Below, piece after piece: positions 28,686 to 38,899 of a stretch of DNA of 64,000 bases. Source of the DNA: an uncultured Desulfosarcina sp. (GTDB taxonomy: Bacteria > Desulfobacterota > Desulfobacteria > Desulfobacterales > Desulfosarcinaceae). The translations under genes were made by a program, and so were the position numbers. The notes beneath the pieces are model-generated. The model worked only from the letters and a program-made list of their open reading frames with translations. It had not been told where the DNA came from and searched no databases. Each line of letters opens with the position of its first letter. Positions within the stretch are counted from its first letter, which is position 1. The stretch spans positions 1,088,001 to 1,152,000 of the forward strand of contig CAXXWQ010000004.1 in NCBI GenBank assembly GCA_963674945.2, in the 5' to 3' direction.

Positions 28686-30467
28686 GTGGATAATGTGAAA
28701 ACAATATTTCGGTTCGAATTCAAAGAACGGCATCGGCAGCTTCTTTCCCTGATTCGGAAAAACATCGGCGGCCTTGTGATGGCCGCCATCTGCAGCCTGA
28801 TGGTATCGGGTGCCACAACGGCCACGGGGTATCTGATCAAGCCGGTCATCGACGACATCTTTGTCAATCGGGACACCACCGGACTGATTCTCTTGCCCCT
28901 TGTGGTAATCGTCGTCTTTTTCGTCAAGGGCGTGGGCGGCTACGGTCAGAATTATTTCATGAACTACGTGGGGGAGGATATCATCCGTCGACTGCGAAAC
29001 CGCATTTACGACCGGATCCAGGATCTGCCCCTGGCGTTTTTCCAAAGGGAGCGCACCGGCACCCTCATGTCCCGCATCACCAACGACGTGAACCTGCTCA
29101 AGGCGATGGTCTCCACGTCCATTTCCGGTGCTCTTCGGGATGTATCCACCATCGTGGGCCTGACGGTGGTGATCTTCTACCTGAACTGGCGCATGGCCAT
29201 TCTCGCCTTCGTCGTATTGCCCGTCGCCTTCATACCGGTAGTAATCCTCGGCCAGAAGGTCCGACGGGTAAGCACCGGCTGCCAGCAGGCCATGGCCGAG
29301 CTCAGCGCCTTCTTGCACGAAACCATCGCCGGCAACAAGATTGTAAAGGCCTTCGGCATGGAAACCCATGAAAAGCGGCGATTCTTCGACCAGACCCGGC
29401 GTCTCTTCACCCTGGAGATCAGGGGCGTCAAGATTCGTTCCCTGGCACCGCCGATCATGGAATTTTTCGCAGGCCTGGGCATCGCCTTCGTCATCTGGTA
29501 CGGCGGGTCACAGGTCATCGACGGCGAAACGACGCCGGGAACATTCATGAGCTTTCTGGCCTGCGTCCTGCTGATCTACGACCCGGCCAGGAAACTCAGC
29601 CAGGTGAACAACGCCATTCAGCAGGGAATGGCCGCATCCGACCGGGTATTCGATATCATCGAAACCACCTCCGATATCAAGGACCCTGAAACCCCTGCCC
29701 CGCTGACCACCGGTCCCCATGATCTGGCCATGAAAAAGGTCCGGTTCAGCTATGGGGAGCGAGAGGTGGTGCGGGGCATCGATCTGACGGTGAAAAGAGG
29801 AGAGGTGTTGGCGCTGGTCGGAATGAGCGGCGGGGGCAAGAGTACCATTGCCAATCTTATCCCCCGCTTTTTCGATGTCACCGGCGGCCGAATCTGCATC
29901 GATGGCATCGATATCCGCCAATTTTCCGTGGCGGACCTTCGCCGGCAGATCGCCATTGTCACCCAGGATCCCATCTTGTTCAACGAAACGGTTCGCGACA
30001 ACATCGCTTACGGCCGTCCTGATGCCACACAAGACGATATCGTGGCCGCTGCCAAGGCCGCTTTCGCCCATGATTTCATCCTGCGTTTTCCCCAGGGGTA
30101 CGACACCAAAATCGGCGAACTGGGAACACTTCTCTCCGGCGGAGAGAAGCAGCGGCTGTGCATCGCAAGGGCCCTGATCCGAAACGCCCCCATCCTGATC
30201 CTGGACGAGGCCACCTCTTCCTTGGACTCCGAAGCCGAAGCGGTCGTGCAAAAGGCGCTGGAAAATTTAATGCACGGACGAACCACGGTGGTGATCGCCC
30301 ATCGCCTTTCCACCATCTCCAATGCAGATCACATCGCCGTGATCGTAAACGGCAATATCGTCGAGGAGGGAAGCCATGCCGCGCTGCTCGCCAAAAACGG
30401 AGAATATGCCAAGCTGTACCGGCGGCAACACGGCGCCAATGAAAAGCAATTGGAAACGACATTGTAA
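28686..30467 (+). CDS. msbA: Lipid A export ABC transporter
   Basis: TMD+NBD fusion, GMSGGGKST, LSGGEKQR, LDEATSSLD; inside the LPS cluster. Confidence 0.88.
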   Translation: MDNVKTIFRFEFKERHRQLLSLIRKNIGGLVMAAICSLMVSGATTATGYLIKPVIDDIFVNRDTTGLILLPLVVIVVFFVKGVGGYGQNYFMNYVGEDIIRRLRNRIYDRIQDLPLAFFQRERTGTLMSRITNDVNLLKAMVSTSISGALRDVSTIVGLTVVIFYLNWRMAILAFVVLPVAFIPVVILGQKVRRVSTGCQQAMAELSAFLHETIAGNKIVKAFGMETHEKRRFFDQTRRLFTLEIRGVKIRSLAPPIMEFFAGLGIAFVIWYGGSQVIDGETTPGTFMSFLACVLLIYDPARKLSQVNNAIQQGMAASDRVFDIIETTSDIKDPETPAPLTTGPHDLAMKKVRFSYGEREVVRGIDLTVKRGEVLALVGMSGGGKSTIANLIPRFFDVTGGRICIDGIDIRQFSVADLRRQIAIVTQDPILFNETVRDNIAYGRPDATQDDIVAAAKAAFAHDFILRFPQGYDTKIGELGTLLSGGEKQRLCIARALIRNAPILILDEATSSLDSEAEAVVQKALENLMHGRTTVVIAHRLSTISNADHIAVIVNGNIVEEGSHAALLAKNGEYAKLYRRQHGANEKQLETTL

Positions 30468-30619
30468 TCCTAAAAGGCATTCTGTCAATTTTGATCTTTT
30501 TTATACCCGACATCACAGACAGCAACAAATGGCCGGTAATTCCTTTTGTCAAACGATGGAGCGAAGCGATCTCCACATGTTCGACGTTTTACATCGGCCT
30601 TCATCCTGGCGTGTGTCTG

Positions 30620-31489
30620 TCAAACCGACGGTTTTTGGAGATATGCCTGTAATTCATGCCCCTGCGCCAACCAGGTGGAAGGACGGTTGAGAAGTTCCGA
30701 AAATATTTTGGCCGTACGGTAGGTTAAACGGGAGACATCCCCTTTTTCATAAAAACGCACACTATGGGTGTCGACGCGCACGACAGAAAAATCGGATCTT
30801 TCCGCCAGTTTTTTTATGGACACCGGATTGAAAAAACTGATGTGCCCGCCATGTCTGTCGATATGAAAATACTCCCAACGCGCCTTCATGAATCGGGTGG
30901 TCCAGCTTCCGGCATTTCCCGTCCTGATGATGACCAGGCCTCCGGGACGCAAAATACGAGAACACTCTTTCATCAGTGCGATGGGATCTTTCAGGTGTTC
31001 AATGACCTCGAAAATGGTAATGACGGTAAAAAAGGCGTCCGGGAATTGTATCTCTTCCAGAAGACCGTTGTGAACATCCAGGCCTGATTTTTTGGCTGCC
31101 ATAGCCGGTTTTTCCGCCGGTTCAACCCCCGTAACATCAACCCCCATCGTCTTGGCTACAGAGATAAAGGCCCCGCTTGAACACCCGACATCAAGCAAAG
31201 AAAGATCATTTCGCGGTATCTTGACGATACCTTCCACCTTGGTGAGGATTTTATTGGTCATTTTTTCGAGTCTTTTAAGACTGGACCGATCGACCGGCGT
31301 GGTCCCTTCGGTTCGATCAAAATCCTCCATGGAATCATAATATTCCTCTGCACTGCACATGCTCGCCAACTGGCCGCATACGGTGCAGCGCCGTAATGGG
31401 CCTTCGGGAAGAAGGATGTCCGTCGTTATCAGGTCTGACGTACAACCTACGGGACACGCTTGAATGAAAGGACTCGGCTCACGATTCAT
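30620..31489 (-). CDS. Class I SAM-dependent methyltransferase with N-terminal Cys pairs
   Basis: LLDVGCSSG, EVIEHL.DP, LRPGG; CPVGC...CTVCG. Confidence 0.85.
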   Translation of the reverse strand: MNREPSPFIQACPVGCTSDLITTDILLPEGPLRRCTVCGQLASMCSAEEYYDSMEDFDRTEGTTPVDRSSLKRLEKMTNKILTKVEGIVKIPRNDLSLLDVGCSSGAFISVAKTMGVDVTGVEPAEKPAMAAKKSGLDVHNGLLEEIQFPDAFFTVITIFEVIEHLKDPIALMKECSRILRPGGLVIIRTGNAGSWTTRFMKARWEYFHIDRHGGHISFFNPVSIKKLAERSDFSVVRVDTHSVRFYEKGDVSRLTYRTAKIFSELLNRPSTWLAQGHELQAYLQKPSV

Positions 31490-31552
31490 TTTGATTGTCC
31501 GCTTTTTCTCGGAACAAGAAGATGGTTCTATCCATTTCGGAGCAAACCTTGA

Positions 31553-32683
31553 CTATGGAATCTGGTTCTTTTTGTCAAATGCCCGGTCGTACAATTCCAG
31601 GGTCCGCTCTCCCATGGCATCCATGAGAAATCCTTCAGTAACGACCGTCAGCGCACGTTTCACCCGGTCCTGGGTCGTATCCGGCGCGATCAGCGTACGG
31701 ACCATGGCGTCTGCCAGCGATCCGGCGTCTTCCGGTTCGGCAAGCAGCCCGTTGACGCCATCCTCAATGAGATCCGGTATGCCGCCCACACGAGTTCCAA
31801 TGACCGGGCATTGGGCGTACATGGCCTGGGGCAACACCTGGGAGACCAGTTCGTTTTTTGTGCTTGCCAGCACCTTGAGGTCGAATGCACAAAAATACGG
31901 CCATGGATCATCACGAAAGCCGGTGAAATGAATTCTGCTGGTAAGACCCAGTCGCTGGCGCTGCGCCAAAAGGGCTCCCATCTCGTCGCCATCGCCCACA
32001 ATCACCAGGTGATGATGGTTGAAGCGCTCCGATATCGTTGCGAATCCATCCAACAGGTATCGATGGCCCTTCCATAACCGAAGCATGGCCACAGAGCCGA
32101 TGAAACGGGCGTTTTGATCCAGGTTGAGTTCGCGTCGAAGGCCTTCAAGAGCATCTTTTCTGGTCGGCAGTACTTTTGGCGGAGTGATGCCGGTGGGAAC
32201 CATTTTCACCCTGGATGGATCCACACCCAAGTCCCTCGCAAGCTGGTCCGAGACGCAGCTGGCTGCAGTAAAAATATAGTCGCTGAGGTGGTTGTACATC
32301 CATTTGTTATGCCATGCGTCAGAGACCGGGTGCGTATGGTGGCGTGAACGGATAACGCATGGAATGTTCAGGCCACGCGCGGCAAAGAGCCCCACCTTGG
32401 CATCCATGTTACCGTGGGTGTTGAGCACGTCGGGTATAATGCTCTTTAGAAATTTCCGAAACCGAATCAAATCGGCCACCATCGTCAGATTGTTGAAAGT
32501 CATGGGAATGACGGTCAATCCGGCATCGCTGGCCCGGGAAAAAATCTGGGATTTTGGCGGTGCCACCAACAAGGGATAATGGCCACGGTCCTTCATCCAG
32601 AGACATTCGTTAAGTACCCGAATTTCCTGGCCGCCCCAGCTGCGGTGACTCTCTGTATGTACGATTTTCAGTTTGGATTTCAT
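31553..32683 (-). CDS. Glycosyltransferase family 4 (LPS)
   Basis: WGGQE.R, KGH, E...Q.LPQAM, VGGIPDLI. Confidence 0.88.
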   Translation of the reverse strand: MKSKLKIVHTESHRSWGGQEIRVLNECLWMKDRGHYPLLVAPPKSQIFSRASDAGLTVIPMTFNNLTMVADLIRFRKFLKSIIPDVLNTHGNMDAKVGLFAARGLNIPCVIRSRHHTHPVSDAWHNKWMYNHLSDYIFTAASCVSDQLARDLGVDPSRVKMVPTGITPPKVLPTRKDALEGLRRELNLDQNARFIGSVAMLRLWKGHRYLLDGFATISERFNHHHLVIVGDGDEMGALLAQRQRLGLTSRIHFTGFRDDPWPYFCAFDLKVLASTKNELVSQVLPQAMYAQCPVIGTRVGGIPDLIEDGVNGLLAEPEDAGSLADAMVRTLIAPDTTQDRVKRALTVVTEGFLMDAMGERTLELYDRAFDKKNQIP

Positions 32684-32710
32684 CGATTGTCTTCCGGTGT
32701 TTTTATAGCG

Positions 32711-32865
32711 AGTGTTCGTCCAGAAATAGGCAAATTGGGTCGAGATCAAGGCGCACGACCAATTTTATCACGGGTTTTACCGGAGGTATATGGTTGATAT
32801 TTCGAGGATAAAATTTTTCGCGCAACGCCGATATCGGGAAAATTGGGCATTTCTGGATGAGCTCT
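32711..32865. repeat. Family-1 hairpin element (MITE-like), copy A
   Basis: AGTGTTCGTCCAGAAATAGGCAAATT ... AATTGGGCATTTCTGGATGAGCTCT; near-identical to the 37774 and 47494 copies plus a short insertion. Confidence 0.9.
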
Positions 32866-33628
32866 AGCGCGATAATTCTCTGGCCTTGGCGTACTTGAAA
32901 AACGATCCTCCGGCGTTGAGCAGGGCGATGATCAGACCGTCTAGGCCCTCTAATGCGCCCAATTCCAGGAGATAGGTTCGAAAAAAGGTCCACAGCCCGT
33001 GCAGCGGCGGCGTCCACCATCTTACGCGCCTGCCGTCGGCATTCATCTGCGCTGCGGAAAGGGTCGAGTAATTCTGCATCTTTTCAATCAGGTCGGCATA
33101 GTTCCGAAAACTGCGGTGCTCGATGACGGCATCGAGTTGATCGACAGGTCCATCGACCACCCAATGCTCGTGAACCAGATGGTGGCTGAAGTGCCCCCTC
33201 TTCCTGTTGACCAGTCGCACCACACGATCGGGCCACCAACCGCAACGGCGGACCCAGCGTCCGTGAAAATAGTTCTTTCTCAGGAAACCGTAGGCAGCGG
33301 TGTCGTTTTCGGACCGGGCAAGAAGTTCGACGATCCGTTCGGCGGTGGCATCGGGAACCCGTTCGTCGGCATCGAGAATCAGCACCCAGTCGTGGACCGC
33401 CAGATCGACGGCGGTTTGTTTTTGCCGGGCATACCCCTGCCATGGCCTGGACACGACCCGGAATCCATAGGACGCTGCGATATCAAGGGTGTTGTCCCGG
33501 CTTCGTTCATCCACGATGACGACGACGTCATCGGCAAACGCAAGGCTTTTCAGGCAGGCATCGATTCGATCCGCTTCATCCTTGGCGACAATGGCGATGG
33601 AAATGGGAAAAGGCCGGTTATTCGCCAT
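32864..33628 (-). CDS. Glycosyltransferase family 2 (WaaE/KdtX-like)
   Basis: S.D.T, W.GY..QK, WVLILDADER, VHE. Confidence 0.88.
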   Translation of the reverse strand: MANNRPFPISIAIVAKDEADRIDACLKSLAFADDVVVIVDERSRDNTLDIAASYGFRVVSRPWQGYARQKQTAVDLAVHDWVLILDADERVPDATAERIVELLARSENDTAAYGFLRKNYFHGRWVRRCGWWPDRVVRLVNRKRGHFSHHLVHEHWVVDGPVDQLDAVIEHRSFRNYADLIEKMQNYSTLSAAQMNADGRRVRWWTPPLHGLWTFFRTYLLELGALEGLDGLIIALLNAGGSFFKYAKARELSR

Positions 33629-34853
33629 GGTTGCCCCCTTTTGGGTCGTCCGGTTGAAAACCGACCACCAGCGCGAGCAAAATAGCGGTTCCCACATCCA
33701 GAATCTGGGAATTGAAAAGGCCGGTGACCGTCATCACGAGGACGACGGAAAGCAGCATGTAGCCTGCGCTGGTCTGTCGATGTCGCCAGCCGCGTTTCAA
33801 CATGACGACCAGAAACCAGATGAAAAAGGCAAGCCCGACGATACCGAAACTCACCGCCATGTAAAGAAAATTATTATGGGGATGTGCGATCCAAGGTGCA
33901 TCAGGATCGCCGCCATAGGCGCCAATCGCCATGGCATAACCACCGGTCCCCACGCCCAGCCATGGCTTTCGGGCAATGATTGTAAGCGCCTTGTTCCACA
34001 TGAAGAGGCGGTCCTGGCGGATCGAATATCGCTCCCCCCAGGCCGTTTCGTCCTTGGAATGCAGGTGGTAGGTGAAATTTTCCACCGTCTGGGAGGCCCG
34101 CTCCCGAACCACGGGTGAAACCATCATCAAGCCGGGAATCAGGACGCACAGGGCCAACGTTTTGATTACCTGGTGGCTTTTGAAAAAGGTGTATCCGATA
34201 AAAGGAGTCAGAATCACCATGGCCACGTAGCTGGCCCGGCTCTGCAGTATCACGAGGTGAAAGAAGTACAGTCCGATGACTGCGGAAAGGGCGACTTTCT
34301 TCCCGGCCTGTTGCCGGCGGCCGAGAAAAAAGACTCCTATCATGATGCCGACGATGAGATAGGCGGAAAGTGTACTGTAATCCGGCCCCAACCCGCGATG
34401 GGCGCCGTTTTTGTCCGGAAGATGGAATACGATCTGAATGACGACTACCACCACGTTGAGCAAGAGCCCCAGCATGAAAGCCTGAACGCAGTACCGGGCG
34501 GGAAATTTTTCGAAGGCAACGGCGGCTACGCCCAGCCCCAAAAGCCAATAAAGGGTCTTCTGTGCGTATTCCAATCCCAAACCGGTAGTATCCATCGTGT
34601 AGAGCAGACCGATCCACGGCAGCAGCATCAACCCATAGACCGGCCACCAGTAGGGGGCACGGTAGGTTTGCCGTTTGGCAAAGGCAAGGCCTGAAAAAAG
34701 CCATATGGCAAGAACCAATACAGAGGCGATCGTCGTCGGCGCCGTACCCAGTGGCAGGCAGAAGAAGGTCAGTACGACCGCCAGATACAGGGATTTTTCG
34801 CTATACTTGGTTTCAGGGTCCCTGAACCAGTCCCCGTGGCGTGAAATATTCAT
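33618..34853 (-). CDS. waaL: O-antigen ligase family protein
   Basis: Multi-TM protein with QSRA, R..MW, PWLGVGTG, HPHNNFL. Confidence 0.88.
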   Translation of the reverse strand: MNISRHGDWFRDPETKYSEKSLYLAVVLTFFCLPLGTAPTTIASVLVLAIWLFSGLAFAKRQTYRAPYWWPVYGLMLLPWIGLLYTMDTTGLGLEYAQKTLYWLLGLGVAAVAFEKFPARYCVQAFMLGLLLNVVVVVIQIVFHLPDKNGAHRGLGPDYSTLSAYLIVGIMIGVFFLGRRQQAGKKVALSAVIGLYFFHLVILQSRASYVAMVILTPFIGYTFFKSHQVIKTLALCVLIPGLMMVSPVVRERASQTVENFTYHLHSKDETAWGERYSIRQDRLFMWNKALTIIARKPWLGVGTGGYAMAIGAYGGDPDAPWIAHPHNNFLYMAVSFGIVGLAFFIWFLVVMLKRGWRHRQTSAGYMLLSVVLVMTVTGLFNSQILDVGTAILLALVVGFQPDDPKGGNHGE

Positions 34854-35607
34854 TGGATATCATCGTCTCGTTTAACATCTCATCATTTTCTGAAAGTCGC
34901 TGGCGGCTGTTCTCCCCATGCCAGAGATGAAAGCAGGTAGCCATGAATGGATGGGTTCGCCGCTTCAACCCCCAATTGTACAATCGGGCCACCAACTCCG
35001 AATCTTCCCGCCCCCAGCCCTCGAAGGCCTCATTGAACCCGTTCACGGCATACAGATCCGACCGGAACACACCCATGTTGCAGCTGCGGGTGCCGGACAG
35101 GCCGGGGGAAATCACCGCCGGAAACCAGGGGAGACGAATGAGGTGGTGGGCGTTTCCCAGCTGGCGGAAAAAAAGGGACTTCATCAGACGCCAAAAATCG
35201 CTGGCATGTTCCCAGTCGAAGGTCCCGGCAAGGGATCGCTCCACCAGCACACGCTTTCCCTGAAAAAAGGTTCCCTCTCTGGCCAGGCAGAGGTGATCGC
35301 CGACAAAATGCCGGTTGGGGATACAGTCGCCGTCCAAGAGCACCAGATACGCACCCGTCGACCGTGCAATGGCCTTGTTTCGGATTCTTGCCGCCCGAAA
35401 CCCCCGGTCCTCTTGCCAGACATGCACCAGGGGATAGGGAAGCCGATCCTCCAGCTGCTCGATCAGGTGCCGTGTCTCTTCACCCGAACCATCATCGGCG
35501 ACGATCACCTCGTCGGCCATGTGCGTCTGCCCGGCCAGTGCCCGCAATACCTCCTTGAGGGCACGGGGACGATTGTATGTGGTGACGATGATGGAAACAC
35601 GATTCAT
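34813..35607 (-). CDS. Glycosyltransferase family 2
   Basis: IVTTYNRP, ADDGS, DGDCIP, NGFNEAF.GWG.ED. Confidence 0.88.
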   Translation of the reverse strand: MNRVSIIVTTYNRPRALKEVLRALAGQTHMADEVIVADDGSGEETRHLIEQLEDRLPYPLVHVWQEDRGFRAARIRNKAIARSTGAYLVLLDGDCIPNRHFVGDHLCLAREGTFFQGKRVLVERSLAGTFDWEHASDFWRLMKSLFFRQLGNAHHLIRLPWFPAVISPGLSGTRSCNMGVFRSDLYAVNGFNEAFEGWGREDSELVARLYNWGLKRRTHPFMATCFHLWHGENSRQRLSENDEMLNETMISNEYFTPRGLVQGP

Positions 35608-35648
35608 TCTAGTATCGCCCATGCTGCTCCGAAAAGGCTCTGTGAACA

Positions 35649-36710
35649 TCAGTTTGCATGGTTTGGCAGATTGGGTAAAATTGCCGCCATCACTTGTTCC
35701 ACCGAAATATCTTCCATGCATCGGCATTGGTGGACGTCACACTTTCGCTTGAAACAGGGACTGCAAGAAGGCGCCGTGCGCACCACCGTGTGTCCTTCTC
35801 CAAAAGGCCCCGTTCGCCAGGGGGCGGTGGGACCGAACAGGGCCACCACCTTCGTATCCACGGCAGCCGAAAGGTGCATGGGGCCGGTATCGGTGGTCAC
35901 CAGCAGAGCCGCCCGTTGATACAGGGAAGCGAGCATTGTCAACGTCGTGCGTCCGGAAAGATCGGCCGCTTCCTCTCCCATCATCCGGCGGATGTCGGCG
36001 ATCGTGTCACGGTCCCCCGGCCCGCCCGTGAACACCACATCCGTCTTGAATTCCGATACCAACCGGTCCGCCAGGGCTGCGAAACGATCGTTTCGCCACA
36101 ATTTGGTCTCCCACAGGGCCACGGGGTTGATGGCAACCAATGGACGCTTTCCGTTTATGCCATTGTCCGTCAGCAGGGTGTCGACGCGCCGATGATCCCG
36201 GTCGGATATGGGAACGTCATAGACCACCGCAGACGATTCAATACCAATGGCCTGCAGCAGCAGCACCCCCCGGGTCAGGGCGTGTACCTCCATGTCCACG
36301 GCCGGAACGCGCTCGTTTAACAAGAGATAGCTGTGTTCCTGATGCTGCATGCCCTTGTCAAAACCGATCTTGCGTCTTCCCCTGGCCAGCCAGACGAGCA
36401 GTGCGCTTTTCAGCAAAGCCTGAAAATCGATGATGATATCATAATCGGTGTCACGCAGGGCACGCCAGAACAATCGGATTTCCGTCATCGCCTGCCGCCG
36501 CCGCGGCCCCTTCAACTCGCGCAACCAGCGTTTGCGGTCCGATACGATTACCCGATCCAGTGCCCGGTGACCGACCACCAGTTCGGCGGCCGCCGTCTCC
36601 ACCAGCCAGGTGATGTGCGCATCGGGATAGTTCGCCCGGATGGCGTTGAGCGCAGGCAGGGTGTGAATCACGTCCCCGATGGCGCTGAGCTTGACGATGA
36701 GGATATTCAA
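35649..36710 (-). CDS. waaC: LPS heptosyltransferase (GT9), WaaC-like
   Basis: ILIVKLSAIGDVIH, DFQ.LLKSA, DTGPMHL. Confidence 0.8.
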   Translation of the reverse strand: MNILIVKLSAIGDVIHTLPALNAIRANYPDAHITWLVETAAAELVVGHRALDRVIVSDRKRWLRELKGPRRRQAMTEIRLFWRALRDTDYDIIIDFQALLKSALLVWLARGRRKIGFDKGMQHQEHSYLLLNERVPAVDMEVHALTRGVLLLQAIGIESSAVVYDVPISDRDHRRVDTLLTDNGINGKRPLVAINPVALWETKLWRNDRFAALADRLVSEFKTDVVFTGGPGDRDTIADIRRMMGEEAADLSGRTTLTMLASLYQRAALLVTTDTGPMHLSAAVDTKVVALFGPTAPWRTGPFGEGHTVVRTAPSCSPCFKRKCDVHQCRCMEDISVEQVMAAILPNLPNHAN

Positions 36711-37747
36711 AGCAGATCCTTTACGGCATCGGCCACCATATCCACGCTCACCCGCCGCATGCAGTTCATATGGCCCAAGGGACAGATTGGCTTCATGCAG
36801 GGACTGCAGTCGATGGGTACCCGGACGATACGGCTCGTGTCGCTGAACGGACTTGTGGTGGTGGCGTTGGTAGATCCGAAAACGGCCACCAGGGGCGTGT
36901 TCAGGGCAGCGGCCACATGCATCAACCCCGAATCGTTGGTAACAAAGGCGGTACAGCGATCGATCATGGCCATGGCCTGGCCCAGGCTGGTCCGACCACT
37001 CAAATCAAAAGCCGGCGACGCCATGAGCCGGGTAATGGTCCGGCCCAGGTCCCGGTCCGAGGGACCGCCGAAAATCAGAATCGATGCCCCCAGCTCTTCG
37101 TGAAGGCGGTCGCCCAGGGCAGCGTAGCGCTCGGGAAACCACTGTTTGGCCGGACCGAAGGTGGCGCTGGGATTGAGCCCCACAATGGGTTGGTCTGACG
37201 CAACCCCGAATTGTTTCAGCATCTGCTCGGCCTGCCGGGTGTCCCTGGGATCGAGGTGCAGTTCCAAGGTTGGTCTTCCGGTGGATAAACCCGCACCTTC
37301 GAGGATTTTAAGATAATATCCGGTCTGGTGGATGGATTTGATCGCCCTGGTGCGACGAACCGGATGGGTCAGAAGCAGCCGCCGGGCGTCTGTGTCGAAC
37401 CCGATGCGTCTGGGGACGCCGGCCAGGAATGCGATGATGGCCGCTTCCACGGCGTTCTGAAAAAGAATCGCCGCATCGTATCTCGAAGCGCGCAGATCCC
37501 CGGCCAGTCGTAAAACGCCGCCGATCCCCCTATGCCGACCGTTTGCATCGTAGGCGACGACCCGGTCCACATGAGGGCTGTGGGCAAACACGGGCGCCAC
37601 CCAGGGTTTGGCCAGCATATCGATACGAGCATCGGGGAAATTGTGACGAATGGCACGGACGGCCGGTGTTGTCATGATGGCGTCACCGATCCAGTTCGTG
37701 GATCGGATCAGCAACCGTTTTATCTTTTTTCGATCCTTATAATTCAT
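36707..37747 (-). CDS. waaF: LPS heptosyltransferase II
   Basis: NWIGDAIM, FGPAKQW, NDSGLMHVAAA. Confidence 0.92.
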   Translation of the reverse strand: MNYKDRKKIKRLLIRSTNWIGDAIMTTPAVRAIRHNFPDARIDMLAKPWVAPVFAHSPHVDRVVAYDANGRHRGIGGVLRLAGDLRASRYDAAILFQNAVEAAIIAFLAGVPRRIGFDTDARRLLLTHPVRRTRAIKSIHQTGYYLKILEGAGLSTGRPTLELHLDPRDTRQAEQMLKQFGVASDQPIVGLNPSATFGPAKQWFPERYAALGDRLHEELGASILIFGGPSDRDLGRTITRLMASPAFDLSGRTSLGQAMAMIDRCTAFVTNDSGLMHVAAALNTPLVAVFGSTNATTTSPFSDTSRIVRVPIDCSPCMKPICPLGHMNCMRRVSVDMVADAVKDLL

Positions 37748-37773
37748 AATAAATTTGCTATGTTGTTATCAAT

Positions 37774-37916
37774 AATGTCCGTCCGGAAATAGGCAAATTT
37801 GGTCGAGATCGAGGCGCACGAAAAATTTTACCGGAGGCATATGGTTGATATTCCGAGGATAAAATTTTTCGCGCAACGAAGATATCGGGCAAATTGGCCA
37901 TTTCTGGATGGTCATT
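37774..37916. repeat. Family-1 hairpin element, copy B
   Basis: TA-ATGTCCGTCCGGAAATAGG ... GGCCATTTCTGGATGGTCAT-TA. Confidence 0.9.
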
Positions 37917-38835
37917 ACTCCCGGGGCCAGGGACAGTAGGGCCTGTTCTTCCATCGCCGATGAACCCAGAACCACTGCTCCGGATGCCTGCGAATCCCCT
38001 TTTCCACTTCCTTGCTGTAGCTTTCCGTATTGGCTTCGATATCCCTTGTCTTGTCTCCGGTTACGACCAACGGAATCTCCGGGCTGAATACGGCCCGGAA
38101 ACCGCTTTCTTCACGGTATAGAAAAAGGGACAGCACCGGGCAGCGGCTCTTTTGTGCAATCAGCGCCATTCCTTTGGTGGTGCAGGTCCGGCGGCCGAAA
38201 AAATCCACCCACACGCCATCGTACCAATCCGCGCTTTGATCCATGAGGATGCCGACGACCTCCTTTTTCCTCAATGCCCGTGCGATTCGAATCATGGCGT
38301 GGCTAGTGGGAATCAACCGGCCGCCGAATCTCGAACGCATATTCTCGAAAAAAAGATTCAACGGTGTAAAATCCAGGGGACGGTAAACGATGTGGGACGG
38401 TATCCTGGCCCTTTTGGCGACGATGGGCAAGAGCTCCCAGTTGCCAAGGTGACCGGTGATGATTAGCACCCCTTTTCCCTTTTCAAAGGCGGCGCGGTAA
38501 TGTTCTATACCATCGATGCGAATCCGGCACTCCAGTTCCGCCTCGGAGGCCGTCAGGGACCAGCCCGCCTCGAACAGGATCTGCCCCATGTTATGGTAAA
38601 CGGAACGTGCCATTTCCAGCCGCTCATCGCTTGTCATCTCATGGCCCAGGGCAAAGGCCAGATTGTCGAGAGTGATCTCGCGATGCCGTCTGTCCAGGTG
38701 AAAAGCGACATCTCCCAAAAAATTTCCCAGTCGACGCGCAAATGGGCGCGGTATCCGCCCGAAGGCAGAAACCAACCGGGTGATGATGCCGCAGATCTTG
38801 TAATCAATGGGAGTCGGTGGTTTTCTCTTGGCCAT
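37915..38835 (-). CDS. Lipid A biosynthesis acyltransferase (LpxL/HtrB family)
   Basis: GHLGNWE, DQ, VDFFG, PEQWFWVHRRWK. Confidence 0.92.
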   Translation of the reverse strand: MAKRKPPTPIDYKICGIITRLVSAFGRIPRPFARRLGNFLGDVAFHLDRRHREITLDNLAFALGHEMTSDERLEMARSVYHNMGQILFEAGWSLTASEAELECRIRIDGIEHYRAAFEKGKGVLIITGHLGNWELLPIVAKRARIPSHIVYRPLDFTPLNLFFENMRSRFGGRLIPTSHAMIRIARALRKKEVVGILMDQSADWYDGVWVDFFGRRTCTTKGMALIAQKSRCPVLSLFLYREESGFRAVFSPEIPLVVTGDKTRDIEANTESYSKEVEKGIRRHPEQWFWVHRRWKNRPYCPWPRE

Positions 38836-38899
38836 GGCGCAGGAGTATCGTCGATTGGTGAATAGGAATTCAGATTAAATAATCAATTCGCATCGGCCG

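Noticed and set aside
32707..32869. Apparent 4-bp target duplication AGCG around element copy A
   Set aside because: Not reproduced at other copies; a TA target fits better.
32703..33020. Small ORFs with shared peptides (32703-33020, 37769-37975; also 61046-61234)
   Set aside because: The similarity (e.g. LREKFYPRNINH) comes from translating the hairpin repeat; no RBS or evidence of a real protein family.
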